A stretch of DNA of 64,000 nucleotides from the human T2T-CHM13v2.0 reference genome, Homo sapiens, in the NCBI RefSeq assembly GCF_009914755.1, contig NC_060927.1; one strand, given 5' to 3'. The notes beneath the pieces were generated by a model. It had not been told where the DNA came from. It did not search any database and saw only the letters and a list, made by a program, of their open reading frames with translations. Positions 1 through 16,620 of the stretch are shown here, one piece after another (position 1 is the stretch's first letter; every line of letters begins with the position of its first letter). The position numbers were made by a program, and so were the translations under genes.

Positions 1-624
1 ATCTAGCATATAAAAGCAGGCACAGATAAATTGCTAAACACTGTAGTACAATGACGGCATACATCTCCGGAATGAGAATCTTCAAAATCAATAAGAATTG
101 AAATTGAAAAAGGAAGAATTGTAGCTGTCAAAATGCAGGATGCTGGCAGGTTATTCACGTTGAGGTCCATTTTGGCTTTTCTAGCCCAGGAGAATCATCT
201 GTTAAGAAAAGTTGTCTCTAGGGTGACCTTTGTTATGTCTCTTTGAAAAAACATTGTGTCTCAGCCTAGGGACTGGATTCTTCTTCCAAATCATAATTGA
301 CCTTATCCTTCATGTCATGTTAGGGGACATTCCCCTCAGCGAGAGAGGGAAGCCCGAAGGAGAATTAGAAGCCAGTGTTCAGAGGCTCGTGTGGGGAGGG
401 GGCCTGGGTATAGTGAGGCCATGTGGGCTGGAAGGACTTTAGTTTTTGACCAAGTTTTATAATCTGTTCTATCATTTTCTGAAATTTGAAATTCTAAAAA
501 AATCAAGGAATGTACTACCATCACAATAATAATAGCCCATTATTTACTAAGTAATTATATGTGCCTGCATTGTGCAAAGCACTTGATATACATTCTTATA
601 TATGACAATAATGGTGATAATACT

Positions 625-820
625 GATAATAGCTAAGTTTTTTAGTATGTATTTGATGGGCATTGTGTCATGAAAGCCTTATGCCACCCCTCCAAACTAT
701 GTACAATTACGATCCCATTTTACAGATAAACAGGCTTAAGAGTGGTTGAGTACCTTGCCCAATGTCACACAGTTGGTGGGGGCTGGGGTGGACATGAATC
801 TCACTCTGTCTCGCTCCAGA
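625..820 (-). mobile_element. MIR SINE
   Basis: Reverse-complement MIR core: cccattttacagat...aggcttaagagtggttgagtaccttgcccaatgtcacacag. Confidence 0.75.
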
Positions 821-1684
821 ATTTTCCTGCTTTGCTTCCTTCAGTCATGTTTTACATCTGTGCATGTTAGCATTTCTGGCAGCTGACAGTTGGGCTGCCT
901 TTGATGTTGTTTTTTTGTCCATGACTCATTCTACTGCCCTGCAATTTCCTCACCCCAAATGGTAGGAAGTCCTTCCTCATGCCCGGTCTACTTTCAGTTA
1001 TAACTTCTTGGACATGTTTCTTTTTTTCACCAAACTTAGAGCAAAGGAGATATGGAATTTTCCTTTTGGCATTTGGAAATCTGTAAGAATCGCCATCATG
1101 TGATTTAGCGTGTGTGTGTGGTTTTTTAAAACTAACATACAACCATTCACAAATTAACCACTGTACGTGTGTCCTGAAAGCATGTTTTAAACCTCATCTT
1201 CATGTAATGATTAAAAACAAAAGTTTGTTGCCTGGAAGACCCACTAGGAGTGCAAGTAGCAGCAGGGCACAGAGGAGAAAGAACTTGTCACAAACCGTGG
1301 GAACCAGAAACCTGTCCTGTCTCTCAGTTATGAGATGAAATTCAAACTGTGAGGCTCTACTTTCTGTATATCTGCATTTTAAAATGTATCTTTATTTTTC
1401 CAATCTTTTTTTTAAAGAAAGATTGTGTTAAAGGGATATATCTGGGTGCATAGGTTACCTTAAGATGTAACCAGTTAGCAGATTTGTTCAAAAGAACAAT
1501 TTTGCTTTTGAAAGCAAAATTGACAGATTAATATCAATTTTTTTTTTTTAGCAAACTGTGTTTCTAAAACGTATACATTATCATTGGCTTGAGGACTGAG
1601 GGACTAAAGTCTATACACATATATTTTTCATGAGCACGATGTTTGTCTTTCAAATAGAGGTTTCATCGGTAATGGTCTCTAGGG

Positions 1685-1836
1685 CAGGGTGCTTCAAACT
1701 GGAAAGTACAGGAGGCACCTGGGGATCCAGTTAAAATAAAGGTTCTCATTCCAGAGCTCCAGGGTGAGACCTGAGACTGCATTTCTCCCAGGTGACATCA
1801 ATGCAGCTGATTAGGGTTCATACTTTGAGAAGCAGG
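1685..1836. mobile_element. MER5-family hAT-Charlie non-autonomous DNA transposon
   Basis: cacctggggatccagttaaaa...gagactgcatttct...catactttgagaagc resembles MER5A. Confidence 0.6.
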
Positions 1837-2544
1837 GCTCTCTACTACCATACAGATTTTGTTACCATGAAGAATATATAAGGAACATTATATACTAGGC
1901 GCTAATTCATATGTTGTTCAATAAATTGAACTGCTCTTTTTGTTTGCCTTTTTCCCTCCAAGATACAGTTGAATTAGTTACACAGACCTATATTCTCAGT
2001 TCTTCTGAAAGGCAAAGTAGACTTTAAATTGGCAATTGCTAATTTCAATGTAAAATATCTAAAAAGTTTAGAAGTGGGTATCAGCTTGACTTGTTTATAA
2101 CTAACGAAGGGGTCTCAGGCTAAATTCTACAAGGCTGAAACTAACCAGTTGGCCAACATAAATGAGTATCTTATTTGAAAGAATCTTTTTACTACAGAAT
2201 TTGGAAAGTAAAGCTAAATTTGAAACCAACTTATATCCTTCTCCTTTTTCCTCATTTGTCCCCCAAATACTTTCTAACTTCCCACTCAACTTCTCTCAGC
2301 CTCTATGATTAAGGAGACTAACCTAGTAGTGGCACTTTACATTTTACTACTTGAGCAACATAATATTTAGAAATACTGCCTAAATATGACAGTGCATTTT
2401 GAGCCTTCGCTGCTTTAAAAACAAACAAAGGTTTACAGAGGAGAAACCTCGCAAATTCTACCTTGGCCAGGTGATGAAGCTTAGCATTGCTGGTGAGAAG
2501 TTTTATTGATAGCACATACCACTTAGTATGATATAACAAGAAAG

Positions 2545-2975
2545 GCATTCATGTTTGTGGCATTCTTGGCAAAACTCATAACCCCAAGCTAATCACAAGA
2601 AAACCAGCAGACAAACCTGAATTGTGGGATGATCTACAAAATACCTAACTGGTACTCCTCAAACTTGTCAAGGTCATTCCAAACAAAAACAGAAATTCTC
2701 ACAGACCAGAGAAAACCAAGGAAACGTGAGGACCAAATGCAGTGAAGTTCCCTGGATTGAGTCCTGGGACAGAAAGAGGACATCAGTGAAAAAACGAGTA
2801 AAATCCGAATCATGTCCAGAGTTTACTAAATATTGATTTCCTGCTTTTGACAAATGTAACAGTAATGTGGTAACATTAGAGGAAACTCAACTGGGTGAGG
2901 GATATATAGGAATTTTATGTACCACCTTTGCAATGTTTCTATAAATCAAAAATGATACTGAAATGAAAAACTTAT
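2545..2975 (+). mobile_element. Old L1 (L1MC/L1MD-type) 3' UTR fragment
   Basis: tcctggattgagtcctgggacagaaagaggacat...ctgggtgagggatatataggaattttatgtac...tttgcaatgtttctataaatc is typical of L1MC 3' ends. Confidence 0.65.
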
Positions 2976-5204
2976 GTAAAATGATGTTGACACTAGGGAG
3001 GGAGTAGAAAGTGATAAGAATGCCTCATGGACACTTTTTTTCCCCTATAAAGTGTGTGTGTGTGTGGTATGCAGGAGTGTGTATTTTGCTAGTCATATAC
3101 TGAGAAAAATAAAGTCATACAGAAAATCAAAGGCTACCACTGGTTCAAAAAGGAAGGCATGAGAACATATCAGTACCACATGGAAGGTGTCTTTAATAAA
3201 AAGGCCTTAGTCATGAAAGTTAGCCCAGATGCTCAGCTGACACTTACCAAATTGCTTTGAAAGAAAGCATAGTCTAGAGGAACTGTTGAAAAATCTGTCG
3301 AGTGACTAATCCCAAGTTGGATCCCAATAGAGGAAATTGGAGAGATCCATTAGGCAGGCGAGGCTGTTCATTTCCTCGGAATTATTGACCGTGGCAATGC
3401 CCTTGCTCCCTACGCATGTGCCACCTTAGAAACTCCCCTGCCGGAATCGAGTTAAGTGGAAACATCACAATCAATAAAAGATACTCTATTTTCCATTTGC
3501 TCATTGTTTTTTGAGGGCTTATTTTGGAACAGCACGAGGAAGATTCAATTCAATATCAGTTCACCTTCTGGGTGGGGAGAGGACTCCAGATATTGACTTT
3601 CAGGGTCTGATAAAGTTTGTGACAAGGCTCAGTTTGCTAACATTCTGACCAAAGTGCAACCTCAGCCACAGAGGATTCAGAATAAGCAGATGTTCAGTGT
3701 CACTTCATCATCCTGGAACCCTTTTCTAACTCAGCAACCAGTGTCAGCAGAGCATCTTCGGGCTGGTGACCTGGCAATGGAGGACCCTGCTCAGAACTAT
3801 TGAACTGAGTCACGGAATCATGGGAAATAATAAATGCTATTCTGACACTATGTTTTCCAGTGGTTTTGTTACATAGTAAAAGCTTACTCATACAGTATAT
3901 ACTACTTGTTAGAATTGTTTACTATAGAATTGTTATATTTTTTCTCTCACCCAACTTAAGCCTTAAGAGTTCAAATCCTAATTCATGTAGAGGCCAAGAT
4001 CAAATATTTTGTCCTCAGAGATCTGCCTCTATCTGTAAGTCATAATTAATTGTTCCTCTTTCAGTGATTCCTTGCTATTGTTGTATTTTACGTGAGACAC
4101 TGCTGCCGTACTTCATTATACCTTTATCGTCTATTTCTGTGTTTCTCTAAACTCTACATGGTAAGGTGTATACATTTTTGGTGACTAGCACAGTTTAGTA
4201 GGCACTGAAATATTTATTGAAATTAACTAAGTGTACAGAAGTTCTAGGAAATTTTTTGTTTTATTAACCAACTTCTTTTTTTCTGTGGGGGTCTTTGAAT
4301 CCAACATATAAGATCTTCTTGAGTTTTGACCAACCTGAGAAATAAGAGGTTAGTCAAAACTCAAGAGGATGCTATATGCTGGACTCAAACAGAAGAAATG
4401 GCAATGGGAGTATATTATGTCTATTCTATTAGCAAGAAAAGTAAGATTAGAGGACATAGTATACCTGTAAGCCAACATGCTTTCTCATTCTCACTTCCAG
4501 ACTTAACTAACTTACCCCGTTGTTAGCAGTGCTACACTAGACTGTGTCTGAGTGCAGTCTTGAAGATCACCCTCCCTGTCCCTCCCCTAGTGTAGCAGTG
4601 ACCCTGCTCCATGTCTCCATTGTACATATGCGTGTTTGGGTGCCCATAACTCTTCCTGGCAATATTAATTATAGGTGAAGACCTAGCACCCTAGTTTTCT
4701 GTATTCCTTGTGCCCAGGAGAACTCCAGTTCTGGAGTCGCAGGCACAGAGTTAGTACTTGGCAAATATTTGTTGAAAGATGAAGCTCTGTGATTCTGGAG
4801 ATAGATTTTATCATCTTTCTCACTTAATTGGCATTAAAACCATCATACTTATCACACAGCAGCTTTTCTATGACACATAACACTGCATGGACAGAAGGGA
4901 AAATCAAGCTGTATGTGACACATGGTGTCTGGTGCATATGATACTCATTTTAATAGGCACATCCTCACTTAAGGAGAACAGTTAGAGCTCATTGCAATAA
5001 TAAGGGATGATTAGCATAGGCATTTGCCACTTGTGCATTAACTTAACCTAATGATTACAGTAGTTTTTTAATGATTTAAAGATAATGTGAACATGACATG
5101 TTCTGAAAACTCAGTAGGGATTTGGTTGATTTTTTGTACTTCGTATTTTCAGCAACTTTCGTAGGTATGTAATGAAATGCCTTGGAAGATGTTTCTGTAA
5201 GGAA

Positions 5205-5375
5205 TGTAGCTCTCAGATTCTAGTGGGGCATGTGATGCTTCTTAAACATAGATTCCTGGTCTCCATCCCTCCCATCCTCTGATTCAGGAAGTCTGGCATG
5301 GAAACCAGCATTCGGTATGTTTAACCACCACCAAGTGGTTTGGATTCTAGTAGTCTATCTGCCACCTTACATTTA
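5205..5375. mobile_element. MER5-family DNA transposon fragment
   Basis: cttaaacatagattcctggtctccatccc...tctgattcaggaagtctgg. Confidence 0.5.
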
Positions 5376-5548
5376 AGGGCTCTTTTGGTTGCCAGGAACA
5401 GAGACCTGCTCGAGTCGCTGGAGTTTAAAGGCCATCTTTCTTTTGGAAGGATAGAGAAATGGCCCAGGAATACAGGAAATATTTCACAAGCAGATTTGTG
5501 CAAGGTCCAACACCAAAGCAGCTCCAGGGACTGGCCTGACCCTCATCT

Positions 5549-5893
5549 ATTATGGACTGAATATTTGTCACCCCAAAATATGTATGTTGAAATCCTAACC
5601 TCAAGGTATTAGGAAGTGGAGCCTTTGGGTGATAATTAAGTCATGTGGGTGGAGGCTTCATGAATGGGATTAGTGCCTTTATAAGAGAGACCCCAGAGAA
5701 CTCTTTCTGCCATATGAAGACACAAGAAGTCTGCCATCTGCAATGCACAACAGGGCCCTCACTGTGCACAACACAGGACCCATCCATACTGGCATCCTAG
5801 TCTCAGACTTCACCTCCAGAACTGTGAGAAATAAATATTTGTTGTTAAGCCATCCCGTTATGGTAGTTTGTTATAGCCACCCAAACTAAGATA
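5549..5893 (+). mobile_element. MLT1A-type MaLR solo LTR
   Basis: Start tattatggactgaatatttgtcacccca; gaatgggattagtgcctttataagagagacc; end ctccagaactgtgagaaataaa...gttatagcc...actaagata. Confidence 0.8.
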
Positions 5894-8269
5894 CCACGTC
5901 TGTCTCTCTTGCTTTCTCTGATTCTTTCTTCATGTCTAATCTCTTCTCGCTCTGAACCACTTCTCCTTAGGTCTTTAGGCCCTCAGGACATGGGCACAGG
6001 CCACCCCTCTTTGTGCCCCAGTTCTTACCTAAAGTTCTCATCATTACCTAGGAGCTTATGAGTGCTGCTTTCCTGAGAGAGGATCTAATTGGTGCAGTGC
6101 ATGCCCTGGAGCCCTGGCATACAAGTTGAAGGTCAGGAACAACCTTTGTGAGAACCATTCCTGGCTGGGCATCCACTCCTCAGGCAGGCCGCTGGGGGTG
6201 GGAAAGAAGGTTCTAGAAAGCAAGGTGGCTGGGAGGCTGAGGGGCATGAGCGAAGTGTCTGTTACTGACACTTGTTGTACCCTCTCATCATCTCAACCTC
6301 AGAATTTCTGACAGATAATAAGATATGGAGAGAATTCATCTTAACAAAAGACCTTTACCTTAAGGAGTATTCACAACTGCAGCCCAATTGTGACACTACT
6401 GTGGAGTGTGATGTCTTAATAATACAAAGACCCAATGGGGAAGTTCCAAGATGTTTACGGATAGAGAAACTCTTAAAATTCAAGGGCTGGAAGATGGAGA
6501 GGACCTACTTAATTAGGAACATATTTTGATTCAGTTGAGTCAAACTTTGAGTGCTCTTTATGTCTTACTGCTCCTGAGAATTAGTTGTGTTAGGTGGCAT
6601 CTTAGCCAGCCAGAGTTTTCCATGTTGCTTTTGGTTGATTTGGGGTTTTTTTAAATCAAAATTAGTTGGGAGTAGGATTTACTTGATGGAAATTTACCTA
6701 GATCAACTCTTTTCACACTTCAGTAGTTAAAAAAAATCCATCATATTCAGAATTGATGTGTTTGGCAAAATAATTATTTTGAGTTTTCTGTGTGTGTGCA
6801 CACAAGTATGTGAATGTGCGATAAGAAGAAGTATGCATTTGGAGTCAAAAACCAAATATTTTCTTGAAACTCATAAACTGTCCACAGGTTAGAAAGATTT
6901 CATTTTGGACATTGCAGTGAAACTTGAGTAAGTATCCATGTTGTGTGTCTGTAAGTTTGACAGTGATGCCTTCAAAATATTTTGATATGCAACCTTTCTT
7001 CTTTCCCTTTGTGTTGTCGGACAACATGCCAGCTGTCAGATGGAGGGAAGAATGAAACTTTGGCATCACTATTCCTGCCACCTTCACCGAGAAGGCCCTA
7101 TAAATAGCATAATAGGATAAAACTGGCCACAGAGGGAGAGCAGCAGCTGGCACACGTTGTATCCAGAGCTGGAGGTGTAAATGAATTTCAATATCTTAGT
7201 GATACCAAACAACAGTAAGATTACAGAGAATGAAGCTTTTGTTATGAGAGAGCCCAGTATTTGAAGTAAATAATAATGATAATGCTTTTCATTATCAGGC
7301 GGCTTTCCCCTTTGAAAGTGGTTGCAAAGAAGAAAGGGCCCTGTTTTCAGAACAACCAATTTCCTCTCTTATCTCTCTGAAGAGTCTCCCCTGATTTCCC
7401 TCTTTTCAGAATTGGGAGGTGATACTGATCTGAGCCAGGTGGTAGGTGGAGTGAATTAAGTCAATTGTTAACTTAAAATGTTACTATGAAATATATTTTG
7501 CTCTAATTACCAGAAAAGGAAATAATAGAGGACTTCATCTGGAATGTTCTTAATTGTCACCCTATTTCTTGGCTTCCCTGTTCTCTGCTCATTCCTTGCC
7601 ATTTCAAATTTGTCACTTGAAGTGCCCATTTGTCAACTGAAGAGCCCACATATTCAGTTCTGGTTCTTTTTTCCTCTGCCCCAAATGCTTCATATCAAAG
7701 GAGCTCACCCTCCTTTGACCACCGATAGCATGTACAGAAACACACATGTCACACACAGCTAAGCATTTGTATCGTCCTTTAATTGTGTCTTATACTCCAT
7801 GTTTTTAACCAGATTTTGAACTTCTTGAGACTACAGAAGACTTAGTCTCCAATTTGCTGTCATGGAGCCCAGCATATTTCTAGACTCATAATGCTGCCTT
7901 GTGCCCAACCTAACCAGGGTACCTTGAACCAGCATCAAAAGACGCAGTCCCAAGAAACTCAGGTCAGTGGCAAAAGTTTTGGTCCCCTGACCTTGTGCCA
8001 TCTTTCCTTACCTCCTGCCTCCTGTGTCTTCTCAGCTCTCAACTCCAATCTGCCACTCTGGTCCCACACTTACCCATCCTGCTTGGATGCAGTTTCAATG
8101 ACTCCAGTTTGACCAGTCCTAATCTCGCCCCAGCAGTAATTTTGCAGGACCCTCTGACTCCTGGCCACTCTGGCTCCCAGTTCCTCTTGGTGACTTCTCT
8201 GCCTTAACCAGCCTCTAAGATCAGGAATTGGACCACAGATGCTCAATTGTAAAACGGCAACCTTATCTC

Positions 8270-8710
8270 TTGTAATCAATCCAAATCAAGCCCAACTTTG
8301 TGCCAGGGTCACAGCTCCACATAATCTAACCTCCTCAATGTCTCCAGCCTTTTTTTTCTGCCTTCTCTCCCCTCCCCTTACCTCATTCTAGCATTTACAT
8401 GGCCATTCCCTCTGCCTGGAATGCTTTTCCTACAGCGGATCACATGTCTGACTCCTGCCCATGTTTTCAGATCATTCTCAAATATCCTGAAGTTGACCTC
8501 ACCCAGTTACTCTCTCAACCATTTTTATTGCTATCAAAGCATATATCACCATCTATAATTATCTTATTTGTCAATTTGTTTACCCTCTGTCCCCTCCCAT
8601 CAGCAGAATGTAAGCTCCTTGAACACAGGAGCCTTATGTATCTTTTCACTATCACTATCACTTTCACTATCACTGAGGGGGCATTGAATATAGAAGATGC
8701 TTACTCCATG
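8270..8710 (+). mobile_element. L2 3' fragment
   Basis: ttccctctgcctggaatgcttttcc...gaatgtaagctccttga...ttcact are L2 3'-end motifs. Confidence 0.65.
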
Positions 8711-9502
8711 GATGGAGGGTTGCATGGATGTGGAAGGAGTGAGAACACAGTAAAATAGGGTTCTTAATTGATCTCTGCTTGTGTGTTCTCTCTCTCCCTC
8801 TCTTTCTCTCTCTCCATTCACCTCAGGGTCCATGACTTCCCTACTGCTATATGGTCCAGTACCAAATTGACCCTGAAATTGTGAACATCACAGATGCCAA
8901 ACTATTTTGGTAAACGGTGGTTGGAGATCCATGCCGAGCCTTGCTTAATTACCTGTATTTCCTCACATTTAAATAGAGTGGATAAATTTCTAGTTGAATA
9001 TTTGCTGAATATACCATGTAGATGAGACAATGGTGCTGTGTCTACTAACTGTGGAGATGATACGCCACCACCAACTGGAGTAAGCTCCATTTGCCCAGCC
9101 CTATTCAGTGTTCAAAGGGGTTCTGCTATATGTTTCTGGTTGATGTAAACAAAAACACAGGCAACTGTGATGATCAAGTAATATTACCCCATTTCACAGA
9201 CAAGCAAACCAAGGCTCAGAGGCTTTGTTACAAGGCTGTTAAAAACAAGAACTGAATGTATACTGTGGTTGTGAATTCTAATCTGGGCTTTCCCACCGTA
9301 CCCTGTCTTTCTCCTGGTCCTCTGTCACTTTGTTCTGGTTTCTTCTTTACTGACAGTCATAGTCAACCTCAATGAAATTTCCATGACCAACAGAGGAAGG
9401 CCTCCTGTAACAGCATATCCATGGGGTCTTTAGTAAATCTCCTTAATAAATGTGTCCCTAGGAGGGAACCTGGAGGCAGTCTCCTTTCCTAATACTCGAA
9501 GA

Positions 9503-9725
9503 CAGGGGTCAGCAATTTTCTCTGGTTAAGAGCCAGATAGAAATTTTAGGCTTTGTAGGCTAAGAAACAAAATGGATGATATTTTGTAGATTCTTGTATG
9601 ACAAGAGATAGAACTAACTTCCACAAATTTTTTCTAGAATTTAAAAACGTAAAATCTACTCTTAGCTCATGGGCCATATGAAAACAGCCAGATTTGGCCT
9701 GTGGATTGTAGTTGGACAATCTCTG
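9503..9725. mobile_element. MER58-family hAT DNA transposon
   Basis: Ends caggggtcagcaa / ttggacaatctctg; internal agccagatag...ttttaggctttgtaggc and gatttggcctgtgg. Confidence 0.75.
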
Positions 9726-11044
9726 CTTAAGGAGAAAAGCAGACATACTGTCCCAGGGCTGCATTATGTTGAGTTTCACTGTGAATATATGTATATGTAT
9801 ATTAATATATGATTATATGTGTGTTTATGTGTGTATATATCCTTAGAGGGCATACCCCCAATACATACCCTGAGGTTCCCTGGACAACGTCAAATCTCAT
9901 TGACCTTGCCTTCAACCAAGGACGTGTGGCTCCTTTTCCCTGGAGATGTAGGGACAGTACGGGGTGCGCTGGCTTCTATGCTTGTGTCTTGGCAGCCCTT
10001 CTGTAGAAAGTTGGAAAGGGCTATACCTTTCACCTTGGCCACAGGAGACGTATTCTCTCACCTGACCTTGGTCAGGTGTAGCTTGTTAGGTGGGCAGTCT
10101 TGCTGGGTATTTGCCATCTGTCATTGAGTCTCTCTCACCTTCTCTACTTAGAGGTCCCTGAAGGAGGCCTTTCTGCCCATCCAGTCTTTCAACTCTCCTC
10201 AGAGACACATCACTTATCCAAAACCCCACTAGATTTGACTGTCAGATTTTCAGGTATCAATAAAACTTTGTGTTGGGAGTATTATTGTATGGGTGAGACC
10301 ATGAAGGCAGTTAGGGTTAGGCCGACTGAGAGTGCTGTTTTTCTGTATGTATGGGCATGAGGCCTTGTTTTTCACTGAAGGGGGTGGTAATTATAATAGA
10401 GGTTTAAGAACTGCCTGACCATTTAACACTGAGTTGTTGGGTTATACCTTAAACTGTATTTTGACTGTAACATGTGGGCTTTCTTCTATGGAAAGTTCTT
10501 CCCATTTGGTACAAGTACAGGTTTGTTACATAGGTAAACGTGTGTCATGGAGGTTTTTTGTACAGATTATTTCAACATGCAGGTGTTAAGCTGAGTACCC
10601 ATTAGTTATTTTTCCTAATCCTCTCCCTCCTCCAACCCTCCACCCTCCAAAAGACCCCAGCGTGTGTTGTTCCTCTCTATGTGTCTATGTGTTCTCATCA
10701 GTTAGCTCCCACCTGTAAGTGAGAACATGCAGTATTTCGTTTTCTGTTCCTGTGGTAGTTTCCTAAGGATAATGGCCTCCAGTTCCATCTATGTCCCTGC
10801 AAATGATACAATCTCATTTTTTATGGCTGCATAGTGTTCCATGGTGTGTATGTGCAATACTTTTTAAATCCTATGTATCAATGATGGGCATCTAGGTTGA
10901 GTCCACGCTTTACTATTGTGAATAGCGCTGCAATGAACATACACATGCATGTGTCTTTATAATAGAATGATCTATATTCCTTTGGGTTTGTACCCAGTAA
11001 TGGGATTGCTGGGTCAAATGATAATTCTATCTTTAGATCTTTGA

Positions 11045-11361
<317 letters not shown>

Positions 11362-11975
11362 CACACTTTCTTCCATAATGGCTGAACTAATGTGCACTTC
11401 CACCAACAGTGTATAAGCATTCCTTTTTCTCCACAGTCTTGCCAGCATCTGTTATTTTTTGACTTTTTAATAGTAGCCATTCTGACTGGTGTTAGATGGT
11501 ATTTCATTGTGGTTTTGATTTGTATTTCTCTAATGATCAGTTATGTTAAGATTTTTTTCCATATAATTGTTGGCCATTTGTATGTTTTCTTTTGAAAAGC
11601 ATCTGTTTGTGTCCTTTGCCTACATTTTTATGGGGTTGTTTTTCTCTTGTAAATATAAGTTTCTTTTAGACACTGGATATTAGATGTTTGTCAGATGCAT
11701 AGTTTGAAAAAATTTTCTCCCATTCTGCAGGTTGTCTGTTTACTCTGTTGATGGTTTCTTTTTTTTTTTAATTATACTTTAAGTTTTAGGGTACATGTGC
11801 ACAACGTGCAGGTTAGTTACATATGTAGACATGTGCCATGTTGGTGTGCTGCACCCATTAACTCGTCATTTAGCATTAGGTATATCTCCTAATGCTATCC
11901 CTCCCCACTCCCCGCACCCCACAACAGGCCCCTGTGGGTGATGTTCCCCTTCCTGTGTCCATGTGTTCTCACTGT

Positions 11976-12698
<723 letters not shown>

Positions 12699-13087
12699 CT
12701 ATGTAGGTTGCCTGTTCACTCTGATGGTAGTTTCTTTTGCTGTGCAGAAGCTCTTTAGTTTAATTAGATCCCATTTGTCAATTTTGGCTTTTGTTGCCAT
12801 TGCTTTTGGTGTTTTAGACATGAAGTCCTTGCCCATGCCTATGTCCTGAATGGTATTGCCTAGGTTTTCTTCTAGGGTTTTTATGGTTTTAGGTCTAACA
12901 TTTAAGTCTTTAATCCATCTTGAATTAATTTTTGAAAATGGTGTAAGGAAGGATCCAGTTTCAGCTTTCTACATATGGCTAGCCAGTTTTCCCAGCACCA
13001 TTTATCAAATAGGGAATCCTTTCCCCATTTCTTGTTTTTGTCAGGTTTGTCAAAGATCAGATGGTTGTAGATATGCGGCATTATTTA

Positions 13088-13393
<306 letters not shown>

Positions 13394-13397
13394 CTAA

Positions 13398-13559
<162 letters not shown>

Positions 13560-13562
13560 TAA

Positions 13563-13718
<156 letters not shown>

Positions 13719-13721
13719 TGA

Positions 13722-14330
<609 letters not shown>

Positions 14331-16224
14331 ACTCCCATTCACAATTGCTTCAAAGAGAATAAAATACCTAGGAATCCAACTTACAAGGGACATAAAGGAC
14401 CTCTTCAAGGAGAAGTACAAACCACTGCTCAATGAAATAAAAGAGGATACAAACAAATGGAAGAACATTCCATTCTCATGGATAGGAAGAATCAATATTG
14501 TGTTGATGGTTTCTTTTGCTGTGCAGAAGTTTTTTAGTTTAATTAGATCCCATTTGTCAAGTTTTGCTTCTGTTGCAATTGCTTTTGATATCTTCATCAT
14601 GAAATCTTTTCCTGTGCCTGTGTCCTCAATGGTATTGCCTAGGTTGTCTTCCAGGGTCTTTATAGTTTTGGGTTTTATATTTAAGTCTTTAATCCATCTT
14701 GAGTTAATTTTTGTATATGGTATAAAGAAGGCATCCAGTTTCAGTCTTCTGTATATGGCTAGCCAGTTACCTCAGCACCATTTATTGAGTAGGCTATCCT
14801 TTCCCCATTGATTGTTTTTCTCAAGTTTGTTGAAGATCAGATAGTTGTAGGTTGGCAGTCTTGTTTTTGGATTCTCTGTTCCATTGGTCTATGTGCTGTT
14901 TTTGTACCAGTACCATACTGTTTGGCTACTATAACTCTGTAGTATAGCTTGAAGTCAGGTAGCATGATGCCTCCAGTTTTGTGCTTTTTGCTTAGGATTG
15001 CCTTGGCTATTCAGGCTCTTTTTTGGTTCCATATGAATTTTTAAATAGTTTTGTCTAATTCTGTGAAGAAAGTCAATGGTAGTTTAATGGGAATAGCACT
15101 GAATCTATAAATTGTTTTGGGCAGTATGGCCATTTTAATAATACTGATTCCTCCTGTTCATGAGCATGGAATGTTTTTCCATTTGTTTGTGCCATCTCTG
15201 ATTTCTTTGAGCAGTGGTTTGTAGTTCTGTTTGTAGAGATCTTTCACTTCCCTAGTTAGCTATATTCCTAGGCATTTTATTCTTTTTGTAACATCTGTGA
15301 ATGGGAGCTCATTCATGATTTGGCTCTTGACTTTACTGTTGTTGATGTTTAAGAATGCTAGTGATTTTTGAACATTGATTTTGTATCCTGAGATTTTTCT
15401 AAAGTTGTTTTATAAACTTAAGAACCTTTTGGGCTGAGATGATGGGGTTTTCTAGATACAGGATTATGTCATCTGCAAACAGGGATAATTTGACTTCCTC
15501 TCTTCCTATTTGAATGCCCTTTATTTCTTTCTCTTGCCTGATTGTCCTGCCCAGAACTTCCAATACTATGTTGAATAGGAGTGCTGAGAGAGGACATCCT
15601 TGTCTTTTGCCGATTTTCAAGGGGAATGCTTTCAGCTTTTGCCCATTCAGTATGATGTTGGCTGTGGGTTTGTCATAAATGGCTCTTATTTTGAGGTATA
15701 TTCCTTCAATACCTAGTTTATTGGGAGTTTTAAATGTGAAGCAGCATTGAATTTTAATGAAAGCCTTTTCGGCATGTATTGAGATAATGTGGTTTTTGTC
15801 TTTAGTTCTGTTGATGTGATGAATCACATTTATTGATTTCTGTATGTCGTACCAACCTTGCCCTGGGGATGAAGCCTACTTGATGGTGGTGAATAAGCTT
15901 TTTGATGTGCTGCTGGATTCATTTTGCCAGTATTTTGTTGAGGATTTTTGTATCGATGTTCATTGAGGATATTGGCCTGAAATTTTCTTTTTTGTTGTTG
16001 TATCTCTGCCATATTTTGGTATTGGGATGATGCTGGCCTCATAGAATGAGTTAGGGAGGAATCCCTGCTCCTCAGTGTTTTGGAATAGTTTCAGTAGGAA
16101 TGGTACTAGCTCTTCTTTGTACATTTGTAGAATTCAGCTGTGAATCTGCCTGGTTTTGAACACCATGCAGAGTTAGAGACAAAGTCGCAAGTCAGTCTCC
16201 TTTGCTGAAGCCAGAACAGGGCTG

Positions 16225-16620
16225 TGTGCTAGTCACTGGGGTTGCGCCCAAGTATTCCATTTCACCACCCCCTTCCCGGTATGTGGAAGGTTAAAATTCT
16301 CTGCTACCTTGCAGTTGGGTGGTCAGTGACTGGCTTTGGATGATAAAATGTGAGAGGAAGTGGTGTGCGTCTTTTCTAGACAAAAGCACTTAGTAGCCAG
16401 AACAACACTGAAGTGCTACTTTTTACCCAGCTGTGGGGAACACAGAGGCACAGGGGAGATGGGCCCATAATCAGCCTTGGTCCCTGAGTCACTAAGGTAA
16501 GCAGAGCCCTCAACACAGGGCATGTAGTGTGAGTGAGAAATAAACCTGTGTGGTTATAAGTCACTGCAACGTGGAGTTTTATTGTCACTGCATCGTAACC
16601 CAGCCCATCCTGACTGCTAT
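16225..16620 (+). mobile_element. MLT1I/J-type MaLR LTR
   Basis: aaaatgtgagaggaagtg...tcagccttggtccctgagt...catgtagtgtgagtgagaaataaacc...cccagcccatcctgact. Confidence 0.7.
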
